A stretch of 33,288 nt of DNA from Chloroflexota bacterium (GCA_040007155.1 JBDTVN010000003.1:1-33288), one strand, 5' to 3'. Numbered from the stretch's first letter, positions 1 to 8,551 are shown. Translations and numbers: made by a program. The notes: generated from the letters alone by a model not told the origin.

Positions 1-2
1 AG

Positions 3-605
3 ACGCAGAACATCTCGAACGCGGCCTACTTCGTGCCGAGCATCCTCGCCATGGCACTCATGCAGCTGGGCGTGTTCGCGTCGATCCCGCTTGTCAGCCA
101 GCGCGAGAAGCAGATCCTCAAGCGCCTCGCGGCTACTCCGCTGTCACGCATCACGTTTGTTGGCTCGAACGTTGTCATGCGCCTGATCATCGCGGCGCTC
201 CAGACGATCCTCATCGTTGGCATCGGAGCGTGGCTCTTCGGCGTGACCATCGTGGGCAACGTGCTGGTCGTGGTCGGCTTCATCGCACTGGGCGCGCTGA
301 CCTTCCTGGCAGTCGGCTACATCATCGCCGCGTGGGCGCGCACCGAGGAGACCGCCAACGCAGGCACGAGCATCGTCCAGTTCCCGCTCATGTTTCTCTC
401 GGGCATCTTCTTCCCGATCTCGTTCATGCCCGGCTGGCTGCAACCAGTGGCCGCCGCAATGCCGCTCACCTATCTGGCCGACGCGCTACGCCAGACGATG
501 GTCGGCGGTGCGGCGTACGCCTCACTTGGCGTGGACGCGCTCGTCCTTGGCGCGTGGATGGTCATCTGCTTCCTGGTGGCGGCGCGGTTCTTCCGCTGGC
601 AGTAA
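3..605 (+). CDS. ABC-2 type transporter permease (5'-truncated by window edge)
   Basis: Frame is open from base 3. Multiple hydrophobic helices and ABC-2 motifs QFPLMFLSGIFFP and PLTYLADALR; ends FFRWQ. Confidence 0.9.
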   Translation, partial: TQNISNAAYFVPSILAMALMQLGVFASIPLVSQREKQILKRLAATPLSRITFVGSNVVMRLIIAALQTILIVGIGAWLFGVTIVGNVLVVVGFIALGALTFLAVGYIIAAWARTEETANAGTSIVQFPLMFLSGIFFPISFMPGWLQPVAAAMPLTYLADALRQTMVGGAAYASLGVDALVLGAWMVICFLVAARFFRWQ

Positions 606-609
606 CGGC

Positions 610-686
610 AAGCGACGGGACGGCACCGACGTGTCGTCGGGGCCGGACCACTGTCGCGCGCAGCACGGCCGAAGGCCGCGGCGGAG
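610..686. repeat. Palindromic dispersed repeat, copy 1 (intergenic)
   Basis: AAGCG, long hairpin (612-657), GCGCGCAGCA, hairpin CGGCC-GAA-GGCCG, CGGCGGAG. Same architecture as 21730-21808. Confidence 0.5.
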
Positions 687-694
687 GGAAACAA

Positions 695-1447
695 GTGCGG
701 GGTCACGCCTATATCGGCACGAGCGGCTACGCCTATCCCGACTGGGCGCCGCTCTTCTATCCCGCCGGCATCCGCGCTGGCGATCTGCTCAAGAACTACT
801 CCGGCCGACTACCCGCAGTCGAGCTCAACAACACCTTCTACCAGCAGCCCAAGCCCGACAAGATCGCCGCGTGGCTCGCCGCCACGCCTGATGACTTCCG
901 CTTTGTCGTCAAGGCGCAGCGCGGCGGGAGTATGAGAGCTTTCGCCGCAAAGCCGCAGCAGCGGTCCGCGGACCGGCTGCGGAGTCAGCAGACCGCAGCA
1001 GAAACGGTGGCCTGGCTCACCGCTCCATATCGGCTGTTCGGGGAGCGCCTGGGCGGGGTGTTGTACCGCGTGCCGGAGAACATGCATCGCGACGAGGAGA
1101 AGCTACGGCTCCTGCTCGAGGCATGGCCGCCGGACATGCCGATCGTCGTCGAGATGCACAACCCGGAGTGGCAGGTCGACGAGGTGTTTGCATTGTTGGC
1201 GCTGCATTCGGCAACGTTGTGCGCCACGGACCTTGACGATCGCGACGCGCCCGACCTCCGACTCACCGGACGCTCGATCTACCTTCGCCTGCGCCGCACT
1301 GCCTACTCAGACAAAGACCTGGCCGACTGGGCAGGCCGACTCTCCGCCTTCCTGGATTCGGGCACGGATTGCTTCGTTTTCTTCCGCCATGACGACGACG
1401 GCACGTCAGCGCTGCGCGCGCTGCGTCTGTGCGAGCTGCTCGCCTAG
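695..1447 (+). CDS. DUF72 (YecE-like) domain protein
   Basis: Motifs YIGTSGY, WAPLFYP, VELNNTFY, FRFVVKA, YLRL. GTG start at 695 preceded by GGAGGG; the upstream part of ORF 230..1447 overlaps the ABC permease. Confidence 0.9.
   Translation: MRGHAYIGTSGYAYPDWAPLFYPAGIRAGDLLKNYSGRLPAVELNNTFYQQPKPDKIAAWLAATPDDFRFVVKAQRGGSMRAFAAKPQQRSADRLRSQQTAAETVAWLTAPYRLFGERLGGVLYRVPENMHRDEEKLRLLLEAWPPDMPIVVEMHNPEWQVDEVFALLALHSATLCATDLDDRDAPDLRLTGRSIYLRLRRTAYSDKDLADWAGRLSAFLDSGTDCFVFFRHDDDGTSALRALRLCELLA
938..984. repeat. Palindromic repeat, copy 2, in frame inside the DUF72 CDS
   Basis: CCGCAGC-AG-CGGTCCGCGGACCG-GCTGCGG hairpin. Bases 957-984 match 21781-21808 at 25 of 28 positions. Confidence 0.65.
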
Positions 1448-1454
1448 CTGACGC

Positions 1455-2081
1455 TCAGTCCGCCGGTGTGACGAGACGTACCGTTATGGCGAACCACGCG
1501 AAACCCAGCAGCGCGCCGCCGATAGCGTCGGTCGGCCAGTGGACGCCAAGGGCGACGCGCGCATAGCCCATCACGAGTCCAGCGGCCAGGCCGGCACCCA
1601 GTGCGAGGCGAAACCGCCAACCCACAGGCGCCAGGACCCAGGCGAGTGCCGCGGCCAGGGCGACGGCTCGGACGACGTGACCGCTCGGAAACGAGTACGA
1701 GTCGGGGCCAAAGAATTGCGCGGTCGCCGCCGTGTCGGGCCGTGGCCGCTCAATGACGATCTTGACCGCGAACGCAGCCAGGTCGCTGGCGAGACTAAGG
1801 CCGACCAGAAGCGCTGCCCGCGCACCACGGACCAGCCAGATCACGACCGCCACCACCGCTACGAGGACCGACCAGAAGGGCAGCTCGCCGAGCGTATTGA
1901 TCAACCGGAAGACGTCCCCGAATAGGTCCCCCTTGAGGGCGATGGCGGAGACGACGCCCGGCTCCCATGGTGCCGAAGTGTTGAGGCGCGCCCAGATCGC
2001 GAGAAGGACGAAGGGCAGCAGCGTGAGAACAGCCAGCAACAACAGGTTGCGACGCTCGAGGCGCGGCGCGGGCGCGATCAA
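1455..2081 (-). CDS. PAP2-family membrane phosphatase
   Basis: KIVIERPRP, SFPSGH and ARVALGVHWPTD (C1/C2/C3 motifs). TTG start at 2081 overlaps the upstream stop codon. Confidence 0.9.
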   Translation of the reverse strand: MIAPAPRLERRNLLLLAVLTLLPFVLLAIWARLNTSAPWEPGVVSAIALKGDLFGDVFRLINTLGELPFWSVLVAVVAVVIWLVRGARAALLVGLSLASDLAAFAVKIVIERPRPDTAATAQFFGPDSYSFPSGHVVRAVALAAALAWVLAPVGWRFRLALGAGLAAGLVMGYARVALGVHWPTDAIGGALLGFAWFAITVRLVTPAD

Positions 2082-3058
2082 ACGCCTATCGGATGCCAGA
2101 CGGTCTTCATCTCCAGGAATGCGGCGATCCATTCGGGCCTCTGCGCGCGGCGGTCATCGAGCCAATCGAAACGCTCGTCGACGCCGCGCGGCGGACGCGC
2201 CAGTCGCTTGACGTTCTCTATTGCAGCTTCCTCAACAGACGTGCGCATGTCGCGCGGTACGCCCCACGTGTCGATGGCGTTGACGTCCATGTGCGAGGCC
2301 AGAATCGGCACCAGCTCGCGCCGCAGACCGGTCAGGATGTTGATCACGCCGCCCGGCACATCCGATGTCGCGAGCACCTCGCCGAGCGTCACTGCGGGGA
2401 GCGGCCGCGTCTCGCTGGCGATCACGACAACCACGTTGCCACCGACGACCGCCGGGGCGACGCGCGACACGAGCCCGAGCAGCGACGACGTTTCGGGGGC
2501 GACGACGCCCACGATGCCGGTCGCTTCGGGAAACGTGAAGTTGAAGTAGGGCGCGCCGACAGGGTTAACCGTGCCCAGCATCTGGCTGATCTTGTCGGCC
2601 CAGCCCGCGTACCAGACCCAGCGATCAATCGCGCGATCGACAACCGTCTCGGCGTCTGCGGCGCTCAACCCCTCGGCCGCGGCGACCTCGTCGACGAACT
2701 GCGCGCGGCGGCCCTCCATCAACTCGGCCACCCGGTACAGGACCTGGCCGCGGTTCATGGCGGTCTTGCCGGACCATCCCGCAAACTGTCCACGCGCGGT
2801 GCGGATGGCGTCGCGCAGATCCTTCTTGGACGAGCGGACGGCGTTGGCAAGCGGCGTGCCGTCAGGCCCGCGAACGACATATGAGCGGCCCGACTCCGAG
2901 CGCGGAAACGCTCCGCCTACGTACAGCTTGTAGGTCTTGCGCACCGCGATGCGTGTTGAAGGCGCTGGCACGGCGACCGGCGCGGTCTTTGCAACTGCAC
3001 GTGTGGAAGCTGGTTTGCGGGTGGTCGGTGCCTTTGTGGTCGTCTTCTTCGTCGCCAT
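2078..3058 (-). CDS. Aldehyde dehydrogenase family, non-catalytic Rossmann-only subunit (ALDH16 C-terminal-half-like)
   Basis: KTYKLYVGGAFPRSESGR, WYAGWADK, PGGVINILTG, ends EMKTVWHPIGV. Lacks ELGGK and the catalytic Cys domain. Confidence 0.85.
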   Translation of the reverse strand: MATKKTTTKAPTTRKPASTRAVAKTAPVAVPAPSTRIAVRKTYKLYVGGAFPRSESGRSYVVRGPDGTPLANAVRSSKKDLRDAIRTARGQFAGWSGKTAMNRGQVLYRVAELMEGRRAQFVDEVAAAEGLSAADAETVVDRAIDRWVWYAGWADKISQMLGTVNPVGAPYFNFTFPEATGIVGVVAPETSSLLGLVSRVAPAVVGGNVVVVIASETRPLPAVTLGEVLATSDVPGGVINILTGLRRELVPILASHMDVNAIDTWGVPRDMRTSVEEAAIENVKRLARPPRGVDERFDWLDDRRAQRPEWIAAFLEMKTVWHPIGV

Positions 3059-4617
3059 CAGTGGCCGCTGTCCATGTAAGCGAGCAAACCGGGCAAACCG
3101 CCCTCGCGGCCGTAGCCGGACTCCTTGTAGCCGCCGAACGGCGAGGTCGGATCGAACCGGTTGAAGGTGTTCGCCCAGACGACGCCGGCGCGCAACTTAC
3201 TGACCATGCTCAAGATGCGGCTGCCCTTCTCGGTCCAGACACCGGCTGAGAGGCCATACGCGGTGTTGTTGGCTTTCTCGACCGCCTCTGCGGGCGTGCG
3301 GAAAGTCAGCACGGACAAGACCGGGCCGAAGATCTCCTCCTGGGCGATGCGGCTCGACTGGGCGACGTTGGTGAAGAGCGTGGGCCGGAAGAACCAACCA
3401 CGCGATGGCAGCTCGCATGCTGGCTGGTACATGTCCGCGCCTTCGGCGATACCCGCCTCGACGAGCTCCTCGATCTTGGCCAGCTGCGCGGCGTTGTTGA
3501 TGGCGCCAACGTCGGTGTTCTTGTCGAGCGGATCGCCCACTCGGAGCGTGCTCAGGCGGTCCTTGAGGCGCTCGATGAAGGGCCCGACGATCGACTCCTG
3601 CACGAATAACCGACTACCCGCACAGCAGACCTCGCCCTGGTTGAAATAGATGCCGTTGATAACGCCCTCGATCGCCTGGTCCATTGGCGCGTCGTCGAAG
3701 ATGATGTTCGCGGCCTTGCCGCCGAGCTCCAGGGTCAACGCCTTGTTGGTGCCAGCGAGCGCGCGGCCAATCTCCTTGCCGACCATCGTGGATCCTGTGA
3801 ACGCGACCTTGTCGACGTCAGGATGCTTGACGAGCGCGAGGCCGATCTCGCCGGGGCCGGTGATGATGTTGACCACGCCCGGCGGCAAGTCGGCCTGGCG
3901 GCACACGTCGGCGAAGAAGAGCGCGCTCATTGGCGTGGAACTGGCCGGCTTGAGGACGACCGTGTTGCCTGCCGCAAGGGCGGGCGCGATCTTCCAGGCG
4001 AGCATCAACAGCGGGAAGTTCCACGGAATGACCTGCGCACAGACGCCGAGCGGCTGCGGATCGCGGTTGGGGAATGCGTACTCGAGCTTGTCCGCCCAGC
4101 CGGCGTAATACCAGAAGTGCGCCGCCGCGAGCGGCACGTCGACGTCGCGCGACTCCTTGATTGGCTTGCCGCCGTCGAGCGACTCGAGCACGGCGAACTC
4201 GCGACTGCGCTCCTGCAGGATGCGCGCGATACGGAAAAGGTACTTTGCGCGTTCGCGGCCGGGCAGCGTGCTCCAGTCGCGCCGGAAAGCCTTCCGCGCG
4301 GCGCCCACCGCCTGGTCGACGTCCTTAACGGTGGCGCGCGCGATCTCAGCGATCGGCTCCTCAGTCGCGGGATCGACGGTCGTGAACCATTGGCCGCCGC
4401 GCGGCGCAACTTCCTTGCCGCCGATGAACAGGCCGTAGCGGCTCTTCAGTTGAACGACATCGCGCGATTCGGGCGCGGGCGCGTACTCCCACGGGATGTG
4501 CTGGCCGTCGCCCAGGCTCCACGATGAGGGCGCAGGAGTGCCGCGCCCGACATCGGCTGACTTACCGCCTTCGATCAGCGCGCGCGTTGAGCTTGCGCCG
4601 GTCTTCCTTGTCGCCAC
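3058..4617 (-). CDS. Aldehyde dehydrogenase, catalytic subunit (probable acetaldehyde dehydrogenase, ALDH16-like)
   Basis: PWNFP, FTGST, LELGGK (catalytic Glu), GEVCCAG (catalytic Cys), EEIFGP, FGGYKESGYGREGG. Confidence 0.93.
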   Translation of the reverse strand: MATRKTGASSTRALIEGGKSADVGRGTPAPSSWSLGDGQHIPWEYAPAPESRDVVQLKSRYGLFIGGKEVAPRGGQWFTTVDPATEEPIAEIARATVKDVDQAVGAARKAFRRDWSTLPGRERAKYLFRIARILQERSREFAVLESLDGGKPIKESRDVDVPLAAAHFWYYAGWADKLEYAFPNRDPQPLGVCAQVIPWNFPLLMLAWKIAPALAAGNTVVLKPASSTPMSALFFADVCRQADLPPGVVNIITGPGEIGLALVKHPDVDKVAFTGSTMVGKEIGRALAGTNKALTLELGGKAANIIFDDAPMDQAIEGVINGIYFNQGEVCCAGSRLFVQESIVGPFIERLKDRLSTLRVGDPLDKNTDVGAINNAAQLAKIEELVEAGIAEGADMYQPACELPSRGWFFRPTLFTNVAQSSRIAQEEIFGPVLSVLTFRTPAEAVEKANNTAYGLSAGVWTEKGSRILSMVSKLRAGVVWANTFNRFDPTSPFGGYKESGYGREGGLPGLLAYMDSGH

Positions 4618-4623
4618 GACTCA

Positions 4624-4629
4624 AGCCTA
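4624..4629 (-). promoter_or_regulatory. -10 element TAGGCT, leaderless promoter of the ALDH operon
   Basis: TAGGCT lies 6 nt before the GTG start (4617); no Shine-Dalgarno. Confidence 0.6.
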
Positions 4630-4660
4630 CACCGGTGCCTGAGCGTCTGCCAGCACGACC

Positions 4661-4680
4661 AGGTGACTATATGGTCACTT
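4661..4680. promoter_or_regulatory. Palindromic operator AGGTGAC-N6-GTCACTT (copy 1)
   Basis: Inverted repeat between the divergent ALDH and NUDIX genes; the same arms recur at 10771-10790. Confidence 0.7.
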
Positions 4681-4702
4681 GTTGATGAACGAGGTTCACC
4701 GA

Positions 4703-4708
4703 TAGGCT
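4703..4708 (+). promoter_or_regulatory. -10 element TAGGCT, leaderless promoter of the NUDIX operon
   Basis: TAGGCT lies 6 nt before GTG 4715. Confidence 0.6.
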
Positions 4709-4714
4709 ACGAGT

Positions 4715-5164
4715 GTGAGCGACGTGCCGCGGACCAGGCTGGCCGCATACACCCTGTGTGTTGATACGGGCCGGCTGCTACTAGTGCGCATTGCGCCGGG
4801 TTACCCCGCGGCCGGAATCTGGACGCTGCCCGGCGGCGGCGTCGACTTCGGCGAGGATCCAGCTGACGCCGCGCGGCGCGAACTCGCCGAGGAGAGTGGT
4901 CTGCAAGGTCGCATCGACGATCTCGCGTTCGTGAACTCGAGCGCGGGCGAGAACAAGACACGTGACCGTCTGCGCGCGTGGCACGGAGTGCGCATCGTCT
5001 ACCTCGCGACGGTCACTGGCGGCACTCTGCGTGATGAGGTCGAAGAGTCAACGGACCGAGCCGAATGGGCGACCCTGCCCGGGCTGGACGGCCGGCCTGT
5101 GACTGAGCTGGTGGACGTGGCCCTGGCTTGGCTGGGCACAGATCTGCCGCCCAAGGCGAAGTGA
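4715..5164 (+). CDS. NUDIX hydrolase
   Basis: Nudix box [23 protein letters not shown], preceded by WTLPGG. Confidence 0.92.
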   Translation: MSDVPRTRLAAYTLCVDTGRLLLVRIAPGYPAAGIWTLPGGGVDFGEDPADAARRELAEESGLQGRIDDLAFVNSSAGENKTRDRLRAWHGVRIVYLATVTGGTLRDEVEESTDRAEWATLPGLDGRPVTELVDVALAWLGTDLPPKAK

Positions 5165-5481
5165 CCAAGGAGTCACGTCGACCTCCCGCTGAACTCGAGC
5201 CAGCGCGCGCAGTCAGACGTGCGCTCGCGGCCAAGGGCCTCAAGGCGCGCGACGTCGGGCTGATTGCGGTATGGGCAACTGGCGCGCTTGCGCGCGAGCG
5301 CGCCGAGCTCGCCGTAACAATGGGCCTGGGCAGGTTCGCCGATGGCGTAGTGGCGGTGTATGACGAACCTGATCCAATCGCGCGCTGCGCGGCGGCCGTG
5401 GCACGCGGCGATGTCGCGGTGGCTGTCGCATTGGTGATGGGGACCGACGGCAACCAGGCGCTAGCCTTCGGCAGTCCGTGA
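5161..5481 (+). CDS. Small hypothetical protein, weak thiolase-fold resemblance
   Basis: GTGA overlaps with both neighbours. [22 protein letters not shown] resembles thiolase/KAS segments. Confidence 0.6.
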   Translation: MTKESRRPPAELEPARAVRRALAAKGLKARDVGLIAVWATGALARERAELAVTMGLGRFADGVVAVYDEPDPIARCAAAVARGDVAVAVALVMGTDGNQALAFGSP

Positions 5482-6617
5482 GCGATCAGTCGGCTGTTCC
5501 CAATCTCCTGCCATTTGCGGGCGAACGTGTGCGCCTGCGCGATCTGCGCCCGGACGACGCGGACCTGCTCGATGCATGGAACCAGGAGGTCGAGCCCGGC
5601 ACGTTCAATGACTTCGGCCCGCGCCCGCCTACGGACAAAGACGCACTGGCGCGCGGCCCTTTCCGCAACGACCGGAACGGGATGGTCATCATCGAGCGCA
5701 TCGCTGATGGCGCGCCGATTGGCACCACGGGCTGGCGGCGGGTCATGGTCTATGGCCCCTCCCCGACTTCGGACGCGTGGCAGATCGGGATCGAGCTGAT
5801 CGCGTCGGCGCGCGGCCAGGGACTGGGCGTGGAAGCCCAGCGGCTTGTCGCGGATTACCTGTTCGCAGCGACTTCGCTCAATCGCGTCGAGGCCTCGACC
5901 GACGTCGACAACAAGCCCGAACAACGCGCGCTCGAGAAGGCGGGCTACGCCTTCGAAGGGATCATGCGCCGCGCCCAGTTCCGCGCCGGTTCGTACCACG
6001 ATCTCGCCTACTACTCGCGCCTCCGCGACGATCCGCCTGCGGCGCCATCATCTGGGCCCGCCCGCACCTCAACCGCGAGTGGCAAACTGCCGGTGAGCGG
6101 CAAGTACGTGCGCCTGCGCGACGTCGCCCTGGCCGACGGCGACATGCTTGATGAGTGGCGCACAACAAAGGAGCCCGGCAGCTTCAACGATCTAGGCCAG
6201 CCGTCAAAACCTACGCCGCGCGACGTCCTCGCGGCGGGCCAAGGGTTGCGCGACGAGCGCCGGGGCACGCTCATATGCGAGCGGCTCGAGGACAGCGCGC
6301 CGGTCGGTTCGCTCAGTTGGCACGCGGTAGGTTACGGCCCAAATCCAGAGTCGCAATGCTTCAACATCGGCATCGAGCTGTTGCCCCAGATGCGTGGCAA
6401 GGGCTACGGCGCGGACGCGCAGCGGCTGCTCGCTGACTGGTTGTTTGCGTCGAGCGAAGTCAACCGGGTCGAGGCCTCAACCGATGTCGAGAACATCGCC
6501 GAGCAACGCTCGCTCGAGAAGGCCGGCTTCACGCGCGATGGCGAAATGCGCGGCAGCCAGTTCCGCGCCGGAGCGCACCACGGCCTGTACGTGTACTCGC
6601 GGCTGCGCTCCGACTAG
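5478..6617 (+). CDS. Tandem-duplicated RimJ/RimL-family GNAT acetyltransferase
   Basis: Two repeats, each with VRLRD, IGIEL..RG.G.G..AQRL, NRVEASTDV.N..EQR.LEKAG and QFRAG. Confidence 0.9.
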   Translation: MSDQSAVPNLLPFAGERVRLRDLRPDDADLLDAWNQEVEPGTFNDFGPRPPTDKDALARGPFRNDRNGMVIIERIADGAPIGTTGWRRVMVYGPSPTSDAWQIGIELIASARGQGLGVEAQRLVADYLFAATSLNRVEASTDVDNKPEQRALEKAGYAFEGIMRRAQFRAGSYHDLAYYSRLRDDPPAAPSSGPARTSTASGKLPVSGKYVRLRDVALADGDMLDEWRTTKEPGSFNDLGQPSKPTPRDVLAAGQGLRDERRGTLICERLEDSAPVGSLSWHAVGYGPNPESQCFNIGIELLPQMRGKGYGADAQRLLADWLFASSEVNRVEASTDVENIAEQRSLEKAGFTRDGEMRGSQFRAGAHHGLYVYSRLRSD

Positions 6618-6665
6618 GGCCGAGGCTCCGTAATCAGCGGCGCACGGCCAATCCACCCGGGCAAT

Positions 6666-6693
6666 CCCAACCGAATGCCCGCGACACGCGTCT
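6666..6693 (+). promoter_or_regulatory. ECF-type promoter (CAAC-N17-CGTC), likely autoregulatory
   Basis: CAAC at 6668-6671 and CGTC at 6689-6692, ending 8 nt before the sigma GTG. Matches the general ECF consensus AAC...CGT. Confidence 0.6.
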
Positions 6694-6700
6694 CTGGTAT

Positions 6701-7276
6701 GTGGTGAGCACTCGACGAACGGTTGATGAGGTCCATGAAATCGGCGCGCCGCGCGCTGATTCGGGGTCAGGGCTGATCGAACTCGCGCGCGAGGGCAACC
6801 ACGACGCGTTCGGTCGGCTGGTCGAAATGAAGCTCGAACGCGCATTCCGGACAGCGTCCGCCGTCTTGGGAAATGAGGCGGACGCGCGCGACGCGACCCA
6901 GGAAGCGTTCGTCGCAGCTTGGCGCAACCTGCCGCGGCTGCGTGATGTCGAGAAGTTCGACGCGTGGCTGCACCGGCTTTTGATCAACAGTTGCCGTGAC
7001 ATCCAGAGACGTCGGCATCGCGTGCGTGAGATCGCGCTCGATTCGCAGCCCCTGACCGTCCCGGCCGGCGATGAGCGTACTGCTGAACGACTCGCGGTTA
7101 GCGCGGCCCTCGATCGGCTCAGCGTCAACGACCGGGCCATGCTCGTTCTGCATCACGTGGAGGGTCTGCCGGTGGCGGAGGTTGCGCGCCGGCTAGGCGT
7201 ACCAGTTGGAACGGCGAAATGGCGGCTGCACCAAGCGCGTCGCGCGCTCGAGAAAGCATTGGGGAACGACCGATGA
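6701..7276 (+). CDS. ECF RNA polymerase sigma-70 factor
   Basis: Region 2 DATQEAFVAAWRNL and FDAWLHRLLIN; region 4 EVARRLGVPVGTAKWRLHQARRAL. Confidence 0.93.
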   Translation: MVSTRRTVDEVHEIGAPRADSGSGLIELAREGNHDAFGRLVEMKLERAFRTASAVLGNEADARDATQEAFVAAWRNLPRLRDVEKFDAWLHRLLINSCRDIQRRRHRVREIALDSQPLTVPAGDERTAERLAVSAALDRLSVNDRAMLVLHHVEGLPVAEVARRLGVPVGTAKWRLHQARRALEKALGNDR

Positions 7277-8550
7277 GTCACGCGCACGTCCACCTGACCG
7301 ACGACCTGCTGCGTTCGGCATTGGCCGATCGAGCGACCACACCCGACGCCCTGCTACTGCGGGACATCCTGCGTCGCACGAGCGTCATGGACCAGCCGCG
7401 TGCGCGTTGGCGCGTGCTCGATCGTGGCACGCGACGGTCCACGATGGTTATTGCGTTTCTCATCTTGGGAACGGCTGCGGCGGCGTTCTTTGCGGCCCAC
7501 TTCCAGACTGCGCCGCCACACAACGGCGAGATCGCTACCGGTGGCTCGAATTCCTGTGCGCTGACTCTGACGGACCCTCAAACCGGCGGGTCACGCGAGT
7601 TAGGCCGGGCGGGCTCGGGGTGTTCCAAAAACTACTACCTGTCGTACGGCAACGTCATCGGCACCCCTGATGGCGCGACTGTGTTGTATGCCGTGAGTCG
7701 GATTTGCGGAGGTTGTTCATCCGGGCCGTCGACGGAGCAGTTGGACGCGACCGGCATTTGGGCCGCTGACGTCGTGACGGGGGCTGTCCATCTGATTGAG
7801 AAATGCGACCGCGGCTTCTGCCCTGACTTTTCGATCTCTGGTGACGGGCGGCTACTCGTGGTCGCGCGGCAAGGCGCAGGCGTTGAAGTGGTCAGTCTGA
7901 CCGGCGACCCGCCACGCGACATCGCGCTCGCAGGAACAACGAGCTGGGCTTATGAAGCTGCGTTCTCGCCCGACGGAATGTCGATCGCAGTCCTGGCCTT
8001 GACGAGCGCTCCCTCAGTCACTGGGCCACGGGACTCCGAGTTGCAGCTCATCGATCTGGCGTCGGGGCGCGCGACCACCGTAATCACCGGCTCGGGACAG
8101 CAGTGGGCCGTCGCTTGGTCCCGCGACGGAACGCGGCTGACGTTCCTCAGCCCTCTCCTGGACGATCCGTCGGCCTATGCGACGCGCGTTGTCTTGGTCG
8201 ACGGCACGGAGGTAGCACCGCCCACCGAAGCCATGCCTGGCGTCGTGTTTTCACCTGACGGAGTGCACGGTGCGTATGCCAGGGAGCCGGGACCGCCCCC
8301 ATTTACCGATTACCAAATCCATGTCATGCGGGTCGATGGCACGGACGATCACGTGGTCTTGAGGCAGCCGGAGTGTTGTCTCTCGGGTCCGCAGTTCTCT
8401 CCTGACGGACAATTTGTCGCATTCAGCATTCTGGTCGGCGGGAACCCCGATCGATCCGGCTTGTATTTAGCGTCGATCGACGGGGCCGACCTTCGCCGGC
8501 TGTCCGCGTCCGATCCGGGCGACCAATTCACGTGGCTGACCCAGCACTGA
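7273..8550 (+). CDS. Putative membrane-anchored anti-sigma factor with TolB/PD40-like beta-propeller
   Basis: ATGA overlap with the sigma gene; short cytoplasmic N-terminus, one TM segment (VIAFLILGTAAAAFFAA), then repeated (F/W)S(P/R)DG motifs. Confidence 0.75.
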   Translation: MSHAHVHLTDDLLRSALADRATTPDALLLRDILRRTSVMDQPRARWRVLDRGTRRSTMVIAFLILGTAAAAFFAAHFQTAPPHNGEIATGGSNSCALTLTDPQTGGSRELGRAGSGCSKNYYLSYGNVIGTPDGATVLYAVSRICGGCSSGPSTEQLDATGIWAADVVTGAVHLIEKCDRGFCPDFSISGDGRLLVVARQGAGVEVVSLTGDPPRDIALAGTTSWAYEAAFSPDGMSIAVLALTSAPSVTGPRDSELQLIDLASGRATTVITGSGQQWAVAWSRDGTRLTFLSPLLDDPSAYATRVVLVDGTEVAPPTEAMPGVVFSPDGVHGAYAREPGPPPFTDYQIHVMRVDGTDDHVVLRQPECCLSGPQFSPDGQFVAFSILVGGNPDRSGLYLASIDGADLRRLSASDPGDQFTWLTQH

Positions 8551-8551
8551 T

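Noticed and set aside
230-694. N-terminal extension of ORF 230..1447
   Set aside because: It overlaps the ABC permease in another frame; the DUF72 motifs and an SD begin at GTG 695.
4663-4678. Palindrome as a CRP/FNR site
   Set aside because: Spacing is GTGA-N8-TCAC, not the N6 of CRP sites.
4694-4700. Single GTTCACC matching the Streptomyces Pho-box unit
   Set aside because: No partner repeat at 11-bp spacing.
5013-5999. 328-aa minus-strand ORF
   Set aside because: Antisense shadow of well-supported plus-strand genes; common at high GC and has no motifs.
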